A stretch of 63,986 bases of DNA, counting the filler, from Ionaspis alba (taxonomy: Eukaryota), in assembly GCA_964255285.1 (NCBI GenBank). It is 4 parts of 4 records of this genome, joined end to end, with 100 filler letters (N's around TTAATTAATTAA, not from the genome) between each part and the next. Parts side by side here need not be neighbours in the genome. Positions count along the whole stretch, not along the records: positions 1 to 16,502 come from CAXUUL010000347.1; 3 more parts are not named here. One strand, given 5' to 3'. The notes beneath the pieces are model-generated. The model was not told the origin of the DNA. It searched no databases and saw only the letters and a program-made list of their open reading frames with translations. Position numbers and translations under genes: made by a program. This document shows positions 1-11,826 of the stretch, piece after piece. Position 1 is the first letter of the stretch. Each line of letters starts with the position of its first letter.

Positions 1-31
1 AATCTATGCCACAAGACTGATCATTCTGTAG

Positions 32-768
32 CTCATTCATCATACGATCGGCAATTTCAATATCCACCCTGACAAGACTGCTATTTCCCGCATCCATGAA
101 TCTCTTTCGACCTTGCAGCAAGCGCGTGATCTGCGGATCCGAGAAGCAGAGAGCGCTCTCAAAAGTACGACCGACCTGATTCTTTCACTCTTCCTTATTC
201 TAAATTATTCTTCCCACCCCCAATTTCTTGCAAATCTTGCTAAAAACCAGCAGAGCTCACGCGTACCTTAAACACCCTCTCCTCCCAACATGCCGATACA
301 CTCGCTACCCACTCCAGCGCTTCCCATGCCTCTCAGATCGTCGAACTTGACACCCAGAAATTTCGCATAGCGAAGGCGGCATCTGACTTGGAGATCGAGG
401 GCGAAAGACTGGAAGCGGAGGTCGAGGGTTTGAAAGGCAGATTACAGGAGCTTGAGATGCAAGGAGTGGAAGGCGACGAGGCCGAAAGAGCGAGAAGAGA
501 AAGGGAGGACCCTATCGTGTAAGACTTGCCCCAGTCTTCGATCTGAAGAAGTGGCAGTGGTGCAGATATGGGATCTGAAGCGCTGACACATGACAGATTA
601 CGTCTGAAAGTGTATCGGTCGCTGGGCATTGATGTCGAACCGGACCGGGCAAGGAACTACAACAAAGCTGTCATCCGAAACACTTGCAAAGGGGATGTTC
701 ATGTTGTGAATATCGACCCGAAGATTTCGAGGTTCTTTTATGCGAATTACTTTTGGCAGATGCTGTGA
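32..768 (+). CDS. SPC24: Kinetochore NDC80-complex subunit Spc24 (5'-partial; exons 32-164, 254-518, 597-768)
   Basis: Manual splicing gives [25 protein letters not shown]...[26 protein letters not shown]...[14 protein letters not shown]...[26 protein letters not shown], which matches the fungal Spc24 C-terminus. GT-AG introns at 165-253 and 519-596 preserve frame. Confidence 0.9.
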
Positions 769-1502
769 ATTACCACGTGGGTCTTGCTTGGTTGATGGTG
801 TTTTGGCGATATTTGTCGAGCGGTTATGAAGGCCAAGATACCATGGGTAACAATGCCAATTTTTCAGAATGCTTCGAGGCGCCCATCCTTCATTTTAATA
901 ACGTTTTCCGCAGTATCCACGGTGAATAGTCACCCCAAGTATGCTTTCCACACCTTGGGCAAGGTAGTTGTACTTAGTACAGACCTTACTGCTCACCAGA
1001 ATGGTTCCCTCTTGCGAAGACTAACGACGTAAAAGACAGAGCATATCGTGAGAGGTATAAAACTGGACACTCCGCAACGCCGAGCGAAATGGGATAGATG
1101 TTAGGCCTCTGCGATAGCAGGAAGCAGCTCTTGGAAACGAAAGTGTCTCAGAGTAAGTAGTTACACTACAATCTGCATGAAGGGACGTGTATGTAGGAAT
1201 AAAATAGAAAAGGACGCTGATACAGTCTTTGCGAGATGAGAAATGTGATGATGCAGTGCATGCCATGAGATAGGACTTAGTACCGTCATAACTGAATAAA
1301 TTCGATGCATGGAAGTGTAGAGCACAATCCTTAGAAACAGGTTCGAGTGTCCATTGAGGAGTTTGCCATGAATCAGTACCTATCGAGTACCGCCTCCACA
1401 TGTTTTTGCGTGATTCGTCGGCGGAAGGTTGAGCCGAGCTGGAGACAGCGTGAGCAGCACAAAGAACCAACGTAATACCATCAACCATAATGTGCTGCTA
1501 AC

Positions 1503-3890
1503 ATGCCTCGACACCGACCCCCAACTTCTGGATATGCCCGTCTCTCTCAGGCTGATGATGAGGCTGCGGCATATCTTGACGATTCCGACGATGAGGACAT
1601 CTACCGGAAACCCCGAACCATCTCGACCTCCACAGCTCAATATGCCCCTATCCAGTCCCAGTCACAAGCAGCGTTGCGCCTCCCTTCTGATGGGGCTAGT
1701 GCGAATAAGAGGAGGCCGGGAAGCAGACGACATCATCGGAGTAATTCTTCTGGAGTTGACATCAAGGCAATCAACGCCAGGCTGGAGAGATGGGCGGAGG
1801 AGATCACCTCGAAATTCAAGATCAACAAAGTCAAAGGCAAAACACAATTTGAGGAACAGCTCGAGATACATTACTCGGTGTTCCAACCCCCAGATGGTGT
1901 CCGTCCCGCAACCGCAGAGACCCTACATTCTGAAATCACCAATACCCAGGAGCCACGCATGACCAAGATGGAGTTCGACGACGTCGTGGAAAGTGTAAGA
2001 ACTGCGATTGAGTTGGGAGTGCATCCAAATATCATCTCACAAGGAAGTTCTGGAAGTTATTTTGCTCGAAACTCGCAGGGTAAGACCGTCGGGGTCTTCA
2101 AACCAAAAGATGAAGAACCTTATGCTTCCAGAAATCCCAAGTGGACGAAATGGATACACCGGAATTTGTTTCCCTGCTTCTTTGGCCGTGCGTGCTTGAT
2201 ACCCAATCTGTCCTATGTTTCTGAGGCAGCAGCATATGTGCTTGACACCAGGCTTCGAACCAACCTCGTCCCTTATACCGACATTGTACACTTATCTTCT
2301 AAATCCTTCTTCTACGACTACTGGCAGCGGTCCGCATTCTATCGGAAACGGAAACCCCTTCCCTCCAAACCTGGCAGTTTTCAAGTCTTCTTGAAAGGCT
2401 TCAAGGATGCCAACGTCTTCCTTCGCGACCACCCCTGGCCAGACCACACAAACACAGGTTTCAGACCCGAAGATGCCCCACGAAAAAGGAAAAGGCCATG
2501 GAATGAGGATTGCAGACCGCGAGGAGCAACGTCTGATGACGACGATGAGGATGAGGGCTTCAGTGCTGCTAGAAACCAACCCACAGAAGAGGAAGTGCGG
2601 CAGCGGAAGTTCTTCTGGACGCCTGCTTTGCAGCAGTCATTTCGGGAAGAGTTGGAGAAGCTGGTTGTGCTTGACTATATTATGAGAAATACAGATCGGG
2701 GGCTCGACAATTGGATGATTAAGGTGGATTGGCACAATGAGGAGGCCGCCAACGGATCGGAGGCTTCAAGGCTCAATGGTACTAAAAATGCCCCCAACGC
2801 AGGTTCTAGAACCGGTCTTGGCGCTGGCTTGTCAGAGACCTACAATGGCAACGACTCTATGAATATCAGTAGGACCGGAACGCCGTCAAATTGGCCAGAG
2901 GAAGGCAAAACCCCTACTATCTCGATTGGAGCCATTGACAACAGTCTTTCGTGGCCCTGGAAGCATCCGGATGCGGTAAGCAATTCTTCGAACCCATTAA
3001 TAGAACGTTCCACTAAATGGACATAGTGGCGGAGTTTTCCGTTTGGGTGGTTGTTCCTCCCGGTATCTCTAATAGGGCAACCATTCTCTCAAAAGACCAG
3101 AGACCATTTCCTCCCTCTGTTGACTTCTACGGAATGGTGGAGTGAGACCCAGGTAGCGCTTCGTCGAGTCTTTAGCCAGGATGCCGACTTCCAGGAGAAG
3201 ATGTTTGCCAGACAGATTGCTGTGATGAAAGGTCAAGCCTGGAACGTGGTCGAGACACTCAAAATACCAGATCACGGCCCACTTGAGCTAACCAGACGCG
3301 CTCGCGTATGTGTCTGGGATGATCTGGTGGATATTCCCGTAGCAATACCTCTTCGCACACCTTCCACAGAAATGCGACGTCGAGCGGATTCGAATCTTCG
3401 AGGCACTGAGCACGAGGAAGAAATGGACATTAGCGCGGCGAATGGATCGACTTCCAAGCCACATCACGACCTCATCAAATTCTCGCCACCAAATTCAGAT
3501 CTGCCAAATCCTACTCGCTTCGAGCTTTCGAGAAATCCCAGTGCGTCTGATTTAGGGCAATTTTATGCAACTTCCGAGCCTACTGCCACATCTCGTATGG
3601 CTGAAATCGGAGATTCCGGCGATGGTGTTGCTTCTCGTCCAAGTCCACAGAAAACGAAAACTCGATCAAGCTATGATGGCAACAGAAGGCGAAATAATAC
3701 AGCAAATGCACGAAGGAGATATTCCTTCTCTGCGCGTTATGGTAGCAACTCATTCATGTACGATGGGGATGACCTGGAAGGCGATCTCGGATATGCAGCA
3801 GCAGAGGATATGGAGGGCAGTCAACGGAAAGTCATCGTGGAACGATTGGAAACGGTCAAAAGCAAGAATCCGGTATTCTCGTGGTGTTGA
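1503..3890 (+). CDS. LSB6: Type II phosphatidylinositol 4-kinase (exons 1503-2975, 3027-3890)
   Basis: Motifs QGSSGSYF, GVFKPKDEEPY, LDYIMRNTDRGLDNWMI and AIDNSLSWPWKHPDA|WRSFPFGWLFLP, ending in KNPVFSWC. Intron 2976-3026 (GTAAGC...ACATAG). Confidence 0.95.
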
Positions 3891-4578
3891 GAGAACGAAC
3901 CTTGTATAGTTAGACATTTGGAGCATAGCATCGGCGCATTGTGTTTGGCCGAGTTAGAAGTACCTCACCTCGTTAGGGTAGATTTACAATGCCTTAGGAC
4001 CACTCTAATAATGTCCACATACTTCGATCGACCAGCTTTCTGCACAACTCCCTAGTATTCTGTTTCCACCAGATGAATCCCTTCGTCCCTCCATAACTCA
4101 CATCATCTTCAATTATTCGTGGCCGACCGGGCTCCACATCACCACCATTCAATCTGCATCTTCACCAGCTCTTCTCACTCGTAATCCAATGCAACTACGA
4201 CCCTTGGCAATAAATTTTCTACCTCTTCAATCACGCAAGACCATGCTCCTACATTGCATCAAGGATTCGGCTGTTTGAGCCACTGCACTCACTAGCGCTC
4301 TTCGGTAATCTGACACTTTTGTCGCTGCACGTCAACAGTCCGCGTGGCTGCGCGATCAACGGTTCCGCTAGTTGCTCCATCCCTACCGATCCCGTCACAC
4401 TATACAATGCCACTTACTTGATACAACATCATCATATCTTATCTTCACATAACGACTTCGCCTGGTTTTCTGAGCTTGCAGTCTCTCATCACAAGGCCTC
4501 ACTGTCCCTTCCTTGCGCCTTCATTTACCAGATGTCTGCCACTTCCTCCCTCCACGTTCCCACGTTTTAATCTGCAGC

Positions 4579-7500
4579 ATGGCGAACAATATGCATGGTC
4601 CCGCCGAGGTCACTATGGGAAACACACGAGGCAGCGAGATCAACGGATATAACGTTTCTCCTGCAGCTTTACTCGACCCTAAGTCATCGAAGCGTCACTT
4701 GTCAAATGGTGAAGCCCAACAAGACTCTCATTCTGCGTCTCCCCCTTCCTCACCTTGTCCCCCGAGCGAATCTGCTTTTTCAAGTCTTACATCACCTCCC
4801 ACGTCACCTGTGCATTCTTCAGAGCAGTTTACTGAGCATCATACTCACCTCTACCATGATGATGAAGGTCGAACCAAGAACACGAGCCTGAAGATGAGCC
4901 CAATGCGAAAATCTACCCCACAGTATAGTCCCAGCCAGCTCCTCAACCCCAGATCGTTGCACAAGAAAGAAAAGATGGAGGACCCAATTGATACTGCTTT
5001 TCCGCCAAAATCAACTGAAGTTGCAACGACAAGCTCGGTACCACAGTTTGTCTTCGGTTCCACCACACCTAAGCCTTCAGAACAATCAGTAGGGCCCGAC
5101 AAGGACTCGGGGATGGCGAACCTGATCGAGCGAGTACATAACGTATCGAAGAGAGAAGATCGACCGACGAAGAAGCAGAAGATCGAGCATGAAGATGAAG
5201 GCGATCACGACGAACAATCTAAGTCCAATTTCTCGGGTGGTGGCAGAGGATCTGAGATCGCCGAGTACATGAGACAGAAGCGGAAGCAGGGTCTCGAAGA
5301 AAGCGGACCGACTTCAACAGTTGTGGACCTTACAGCAGGCATGTGCGGGATCCCCGCTCTGATTTATGGATTCTAACTTGCACTGCCAGATGACGACGAC
5401 GATGTGATGATTCTCGATGACCATGAAAACCAGGAGGTATGCTATGGAAGGATTGAGGGCACGAAAGTCCAAGCACACGCCGTTCCATATCCAAACCCTA
5501 AGACCCCCATGTTGAGTCAAACTGGATGGCCCTCAATCAGACTCACCCTCTCGCGATATCCGGGTAAAAACTCCATCATCGTCGTTCGCGATGCCACGGA
5601 GAAAGATTTTGGAAACGTCGACCCGAGAACTTCGATCGGTCTTGCACCCTTGATGGATTCAGCAGTTACGCGAGTCCGGACTCAAGCACGTCTCAATCCG
5701 CGGAAGAAAAAACCCTTCGAGCTGCCAGGATCAAGATGCTCGGAGTACTTCGACATGACTATCAACCTCTACGGGCCAAAAAAACATGCCCATGGCGTTG
5801 GCAAATTTCTGAGCCACAAGCAGCTCTGGCTACGAATTCCGTACATGGTCGATCAAGGAATCGAAGTCTGTAATCCCCATGCCATGAGAAACTCCAATCT
5901 GTCTCGCACGAACCTTTCTGGTCGACCTACTGGCACTGGGACTATTTCTTATGTGACCCGGACTGCGGAGGAAGTTAGAAGTGACGTGATTGGAATGTTT
6001 GATTCTCTTCAACAATCCGAAAATCTACCCGAATTGGAGCCTGACCCTCGTGTCATTACACCACTACTAAGCCACCAGAAACAAGGGCTTCATTTCATGA
6101 CCAATAAGGAGAAAGCTCGTGTATTTAGTGAGGATGAGAATGAGAATAGTTCCTTGTGGCGATTGGTACATCGAGCGAACGGACAGAAGGTCTACTACAA
6201 CGTCATTACTGGTCTTGAGGAACGTGATAGACCCCCGGAGGTTCTCGGGGGCATTTTGGCTGATATGATGGGTCTTGGAAAGACCCTCAGTATTCTTGCA
6301 CTGGCCGTGGGTAGTCTCGAAGATGCGGAAAGGTGGGCGAATGAAATGCCAGATTCATCTAGCCAGAATACTGAGTTCCCTCTTCTTCGCAACTCTAAGG
6401 CGACTTTATTGATCGCTCCGTTGAGCGTTGTCGCAAACTGGGAGGAACAGATCCTTGCGCATATCAAACCGGGGACATTGGACGCCTACATCTATCATGG
6501 ACCCAATCGAAGCCAGGATATCAACGAATTGGCAAAGCACGACATCGTTGTCACGACCTACAGTACAGTTTCCAGCGAGTTCAGTCGCCGTAGCAGGAAG
6601 CGTGAAGGCAGTCCGTTATTGCAAACCAATTTCTTCCGCATCGTTCTGGATGAAGCACATATGATCCGAGAACAGTCGACCCGTCAGTATCAGGCCATCT
6701 CTATTCTCTCTGCTCAGAGACGCTGGGCTGTCACGGGTACCCCGGTCCAGAACCGGCTCGATGATCTTGGAGCCTTGATCAAATTCCTGCGCATCAAGCC
6801 GTTTGACGAGAATGGAGGTTTCAATCAATTCATCCTCAGTCCCTTCAAGAATGCAGATCCTGAGATCCTACCTAAGCTTCGTGTTCTGGTAGACAGCATT
6901 ACTCTTCGACGTCTAAAAGACAGGATCGATCTCCCCCCTCGTCATGATTCAATTGTTAAGCTTCAATTCAGCAAAGACGAACGCGAGTTGTACGAGTGGT
7001 TTGCCAAAGACGCCCATAACAAGCAACAGGTCATCACAAGCGGGAACAAGAAAACCCTTGGAGGCAAAGGGTTTGTACATGTGCTGCAGGCCATTCTTCG
7101 CCTTCGACTGATTTGTGCGCATGGGAAGGAGTTGCTCGGCGAGGAAGATCTCAAGCTGACAGAAGGATTCAGCTCAAGTAATGCTATTGACCTCGAGGAA
7201 GATCAAGGAGAAGACAGGCCGATTATGACGAGTCGCCAAGCCTACGAGATGCTCATGCTTTTCAGAGAAACGGATACCGACACATGCTCTCAATGTATGC
7301 GGAGAATCGCACCCAAAGAGATGAACATAGACGAAGCGAAAGACGAAGTGATTGGCTATCTACTCCCTTGTTATCAAATCATCTGCAAGGACTGCAGTAC
7401 GACAGTTAAGCAGTCTATCTATGCGAAAGCTCAAAACAACCACTTCACCTGTCCATTTTGCGATCAGTATCTCCGACTAGGATTCTTTGAGCTAACGCAG

Positions 7501-8061
7501 GAGGGCATTGAAGCGGCGGAGGAGGCTAAAGCGAATGCAAAGGACGATCCGAAGCATGCAAAGATCATGGGCAGATATGGTGGACCACACACCAAAACAA
7601 CAGCGTTGATCCAGCACTTGATCGAGTCTCGAACAGAGAGCATGGAAAAGCCTGACGAACCACCAATCAAAAGTGTAGTTTTTTCCGGCTGGACTACGCA
7701 TCTCGATTTGATACAGATCGCCCTCGAAGACAACATGATCAAGTATGTCCGTCTCGACGGGAAAATGACGCGTGTCAAACGTTCCGCTGCTCTTGACGCT
7801 TTCCGCGACGATCCAGAGTACACTGTCATTCTGGTTTCAATCACCGCCGGTGGTCTTGGGCTCAATCTCACCGCAGGATCCAGAGTCTATGTCATGGAAC
7901 CACAATTCAACCCCGCACAGGAAGCCCAGGCTGTGGATCGTGTCCATCGGCTTGGCCAGAAGAGAGAGGTTTTCATTACGAGGTTCATCATGGACAATAG
8001 CTTTGAGGAGAAAATGTTGTTGCTACAGCAGAAGAAACAGAAGCTCTCGGATTTGAGCTTG
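4579..8061 (+). CDS. SNF2-family helicase/ATPase with RING-like finger, RAD5/HLTF(SMARCA3)-like; 3' end lost in N gap, start codon uncertain
   Basis: GGILADMMGLGKT (motif I), RIVLDEAH (II), AVTGTPVQN (III), a Cys cluster CSQC...CYQIICKDC...CPFC, and a HelicC region GGLGLNL...QAVDRVHRLGQ. The disordered N-terminal exon is joined by a GC-AG intron at 5339-5389. Confidence 0.88.
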
Positions 8062-8431
8062 NNNNNNNNNNNNNNNNNNNNNNNNNNNNNNNNNNNNNNN
8101 NNNNNNNNNNNNNNNNNNNNNNNNNNNNNNNNNNNNNNNNNNNNNNNNNNNNNNNNNNNNNGGCCTGTGTTCGACTTCGTCGACGAGCGCTAAGATGGTC
8201 AGGACGTGGAAGGTCGTTTGAGAGCGTCAGGTCTCCTGATGTCTCCTTCAGTATAGCTCGAGAATATGTACATAGCATAGATACCCCCGAATCGAATCAT
8301 ATTAGGCTGATCCTATCCAATCGCGCGATCCCACAATCGTGGCATGATCTGATAGTCCGGACCTGCAAGTTTCTTTCCACTCCACGTACACATCCACAAA
8401 GTTTCTCCGTTTTTCTCCATCAAAGTGGATA

Positions 8432-8971
8432 TCAGACCCTTTTCACAACCCCTATGACGCTATCAACTCTGTTCAGAAGGTGTTCCTTCATCCCAACCAG
8501 CCCAGCCCTTTCCCCCTCCACTTCCTGCAACTCCTGTTCCAATTCCCTGATCCTAGCTTCCTGCTCCCCTTCACTGCGCCCTATGTCAGGCAGCGTGGCA
8601 ATAATAGCTTCAATCTGTTTTTGCTTGAGAATCAGGTCGTGCGCCAGTTCCTTGGTAGCAGCCACGAAAGTTGTGGGTGTATCAGGGCGGTAATCGGGAT
8701 CTTGAGGTTGGGATTGCGATTGCGATTGCTCGGCTGGTCCTTCAGATGTGGGGTTTGTTGAAGGATTGCTGGATGCATTGGTCGCAGAATTGGTGGATGC
8801 GTGTGTATTGAAGGAGGTTGGTGTCGGGTGGTGCGTGGTGATATACTTGAGCGAAGCGTAGAATTGGATTGCTAACTGGGATAAGTTAGTGAGGGAAAGC
8901 TGTGGACCTGGTGATGGAGGGCGAGATACTTGATCTAGACAATCCTGAAGCTGAGTAAGGCGGTCTGCCAT
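8432..8971 (-). CDS. MED21: Mediator subunit Med21/Srb7 (in-frame 54-nt intron 8876-8929)
   Basis: MADRLTQLQDCLDQ|LAIQFYAS...ELAHDLILKQKQIEAIIATLPDIGRSEGEQEARIRELEQEL, the Med21 signature. Confidence 0.93.
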   Translation of the reverse strand: MADRLTQLQDCLDQVSRPPSPGPQLSLTNLSQLAIQFYASLKYITTHHPTPTSFNTHASTNSATNASSNPSTNPTSEGPAEQSQSQSQPQDPDYRPDTPTTFVAATKELAHDLILKQKQIEAIIATLPDIGRSEGEQEARIRELEQELQEVEGERAGLVGMKEHLLNRVDSVIGVVKRV

Positions 8972-9212
8972 TCTAGAGTCTTTGGAGGAAGCCTAAAAAG
9001 CCAGGCGGGAAGACAGTGACATGGGAAACCCACCTGGAGAACTGGCATTGGGGACCTGCTTGATGAAGGGAGTGCCGCCGCAGGGGTCAAGCAGGGGGTC
9101 GAATTGTGGGGAAAGCGCTTCGCTTCTGTGAGGCTAATTTAGCTCCCGCTGTGGTCCCATGTATCTGGTCGGACGAACTTCTGTTGTTCATCTACCTGCA
9201 AAGTCTCGGTAT

Positions 9213-10050
9213 ATGTTGCGCAATTTCTCCCTGCGTTGTCACAATCGGGCCACAGCGTCAGGGTATCTGCTCCATCTTCGAAGATGGAAGTCCTCGACTG
9301 TGGGTTCCCTGCCCGAACCCGGTAATCAAATCTCCTCCGAAGGTCCCTCTAAACCTAATTACGACGAGCCTTCGGAGCCATTTCCACCACTCCCTTCTAC
9401 TACCTCCTCTAGTCACTCTTCTCTCTCGACCTTTCTCGCTCATGCTCGTCAAACCGGTCTCTCTCCTACGTCCACCACCTACGTTGGAACCTACTACGAG
9501 TACCTCTGCCAGCACTCTCTTCGGCGCCTTGGGTTTTCCCTCACACGTACTGGCGGGCGCTCCGATGCTGGTGTCGATCTCATTGGTTATTGGCAACTAC
9601 CCTCTCTACCTCATCCATTACGATGCATTGTACAGTGTAAGAACCTGAAAGCAAAGGCGGGACCGAACCTTATTAGGGAGCTCGAAGGGGCTTTCGTCGG
9701 TGCGCCATCAGGGTGGAGAGGGGAAAGCACTGTGGGTGTGCTTTGTGCAGGAAGAGAGGCCACCAAGGGGGTTAGGGAAGCGATTAGAGGAGCAAGAAAA
9801 GGCCTAGTCTGGGTGATGATTGAAGATGTTGGTGAAATGAGCGGAGTCGGCGCGCAAGATGATGATTATAGGAGTAATGAGCTCGGGAGAATCAGACAGA
9901 TATTATGGAACGAAAGGACTGCAGGGCTGGGGGCTGAGGGAGTCGGGGTGCAGGTCAAATATCTACCGCCGCAAGTGGATGGGAAAGTGGCGAAGGAGGC
10001 TGTCTTGATGTGGGAGAATGAGGTGTGGGAACCAGAACTCGAAAATCAAA
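9213..10050 (+). CDS. RRG7: RRG7/DUF2034 mitochondrial protein with restriction-endonuclease-like motif; stop lies in N gap
   Basis: Arg-rich presequence-like N-terminus, then STTYVGTYYEY...LTRTGGRSDAGVDLIGYW...IVQCK...GPNLIRELEGAF. Confidence 0.85.
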
Positions 10051-10150
10051 NNNNNNNNNNNNNNNNNNNNNNNNNNNNNNNNNNNNNNNNNNNNNNNNNN
10101 NNNNNNNNNNNNNNNNNNNNNNNNNNNNNNNNNNNNNNNNNNNNNNNNNN

Positions 10151-10791
10151 CCCGCCTCTTCCAGGGCAAGTAAGCTCCGGTTCTTTACCACATCCCCACC
10201 GTATACACTTTCGGGACTGACTGTCCCACTCACAAACGCCGAGACAGGTCTTGACCTTGTCGCCAAGCCTCTCCTCGACAGCGGCCGCTCGTAGGTTAGT
10301 GAGCTTGATGTCAGGCTTCGCTCATGCTTCCGTTGCCTGTCGCTAAAGCCCAATGGAGTCGGTGGAGGCACGAACGGAAGCTCCAGACGAGCGTTCATGC
10401 CCGTCCATATCGCTTCTTCGTTCTCGTCGTCTGGGCCGGGGAATCTCCATCCACCCACGCCTTCGAAGTCTCGCACGAGAGGCGTGGATGTGTAGATGCT
10501 CTGGGGCGGAGGCAGGCGAGGCGTGAGTGAACCAGAGGAAGCGTCACTGCTGCGATGGGATTTTCGCCGGGGAAGGTGCGCATAGGGTAATGGCGGAGAG
10601 GCTTTGGCGGGTGAGACGGAGGGGGAGAGTTGGTTTTGCAAGACAGCCGCGAAGAGTTCGGCGTAGACGATCAGCACCCGGATGAGGAGGGTGGAGAAGG
10701 CGAGTGTTGTAGTCAACGCGGCGAGTGTTAGGAGTGGGACACTCAGGAAGAGAAGGAAGGGCGTGAAGAAGACGGTGAGAGTGGATGGCAT
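10151..10791 (-). CDS. Conserved fungal hypothetical membrane protein (3' end in gap)
   Basis: Hydrophobic N-terminus MPSTLTVFFTPFLLFLSVPLLTLAALTTTLAFSTLLIRVLIVYAEL, followed by RDFEGVGGWR...WTGMNARLELP. Confidence 0.75.
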
Positions 10792-11334
10792 TGTATCTGT
10801 CGGTTGTGGGGATATCGCAAAGGGAAGAGAAGCGATTGAAGTTTCCACGAAGAAGGTTCCATTGTGAGGAATGATAAGAGGGGTGTTTGGTTGATTGCTT
10901 GGATCGGTCGATCAACGTAGTTAAGCTCGTATGAGTCGACGGGTGTGTTCGGAAGAACTTTCGAGGTTTCGTTTTTGGCATGTGATCTTGCCAAGACTTC
11001 GGGGACGTCACTAATGGATTGACAGGACAACCTTAGGGTTTCTGCTTTGTTCAAGGAGTGATAGCATTCAACTCAATACTGATTAACTACCCGTCAGCCA
11101 TTCCCCCATCCCACCGTCCACACTAAACACCAACCGCAGGAAAGTATTTAAGGAGTGTCCAAACGCATCGGCCACTAAATCATTCTCCAAGGACCCTTCA
11201 GAAAAGTGTTGCAATGATTGTCCAGACAGCACCCCCCAACGCTCGAGCCCAGCCCTTCCTCCTGCAACGCCCGTGTCTCCCTTCGGATGCAACAGTATTG
11301 TTTGGCTCGGACTGTTGCGTAGGCTGTGTCCCTT

Positions 11335-11826
11335 CTACGGATGTTTGGGAGGAGGAGCTGTGATGATCGCATTGCCGAGGCAGACTTGAATACTCTATCC
11401 AAGTGTTAGCACAGCCTGGCCAGGAGAAACGAGACTCCGCCTTACATTGTTGGCGTTGCAGCAAACAGTGGTCTGAGAGCATTGGGAGCCGAAACCTGTT
11501 GGACACTTGTATCAGCATGCTGAAGCTCCTGGTCACATGGGTTTCTCCAGGACTGAAGGGAGCTGCAAGGAGGAGCGGGGAGGAGGTCATTTACCGAGAG
11601 CGAAGCAGGAGACATATGCGCCCCAGTTGTCGGTGTTGCAGCAATATGGCTGGGCGTTGTTGCCGCACTGGTTCTGCTGATTTACATTGGTCTGGGTTGG
11701 GCTTGGTGGGGCGGGCTTGCTCTTTGGTGGTGGAGGTGGGGGAGGATTGTTGGCTTCGGCTGCTGGGGCAGCAATGGCGCTTCCAAGAAGGAGAGCAGTG
11801 ATTGCGAAAATCTTGGTGAAATGCAT
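11335..11826 (-). CDS. Hydrophobin (8-Cys), 3 exons: 11826-11595, 11495-11446, 11394-11335
   Basis: Signal peptide and poly-Pro linker, then spliced CGNNAQPYCCNTDNWGAYVSCFALGFGSQCSQTTVCCNANNSIQVCLGNAIITAPPPKHP*. Introns 11594-11496 and 11445-11395 are GT-AG with GCTGAT/GCTAAC branch sites. TATA-like TATAAG near 11960-11965 on the minus strand. Confidence 0.88.
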
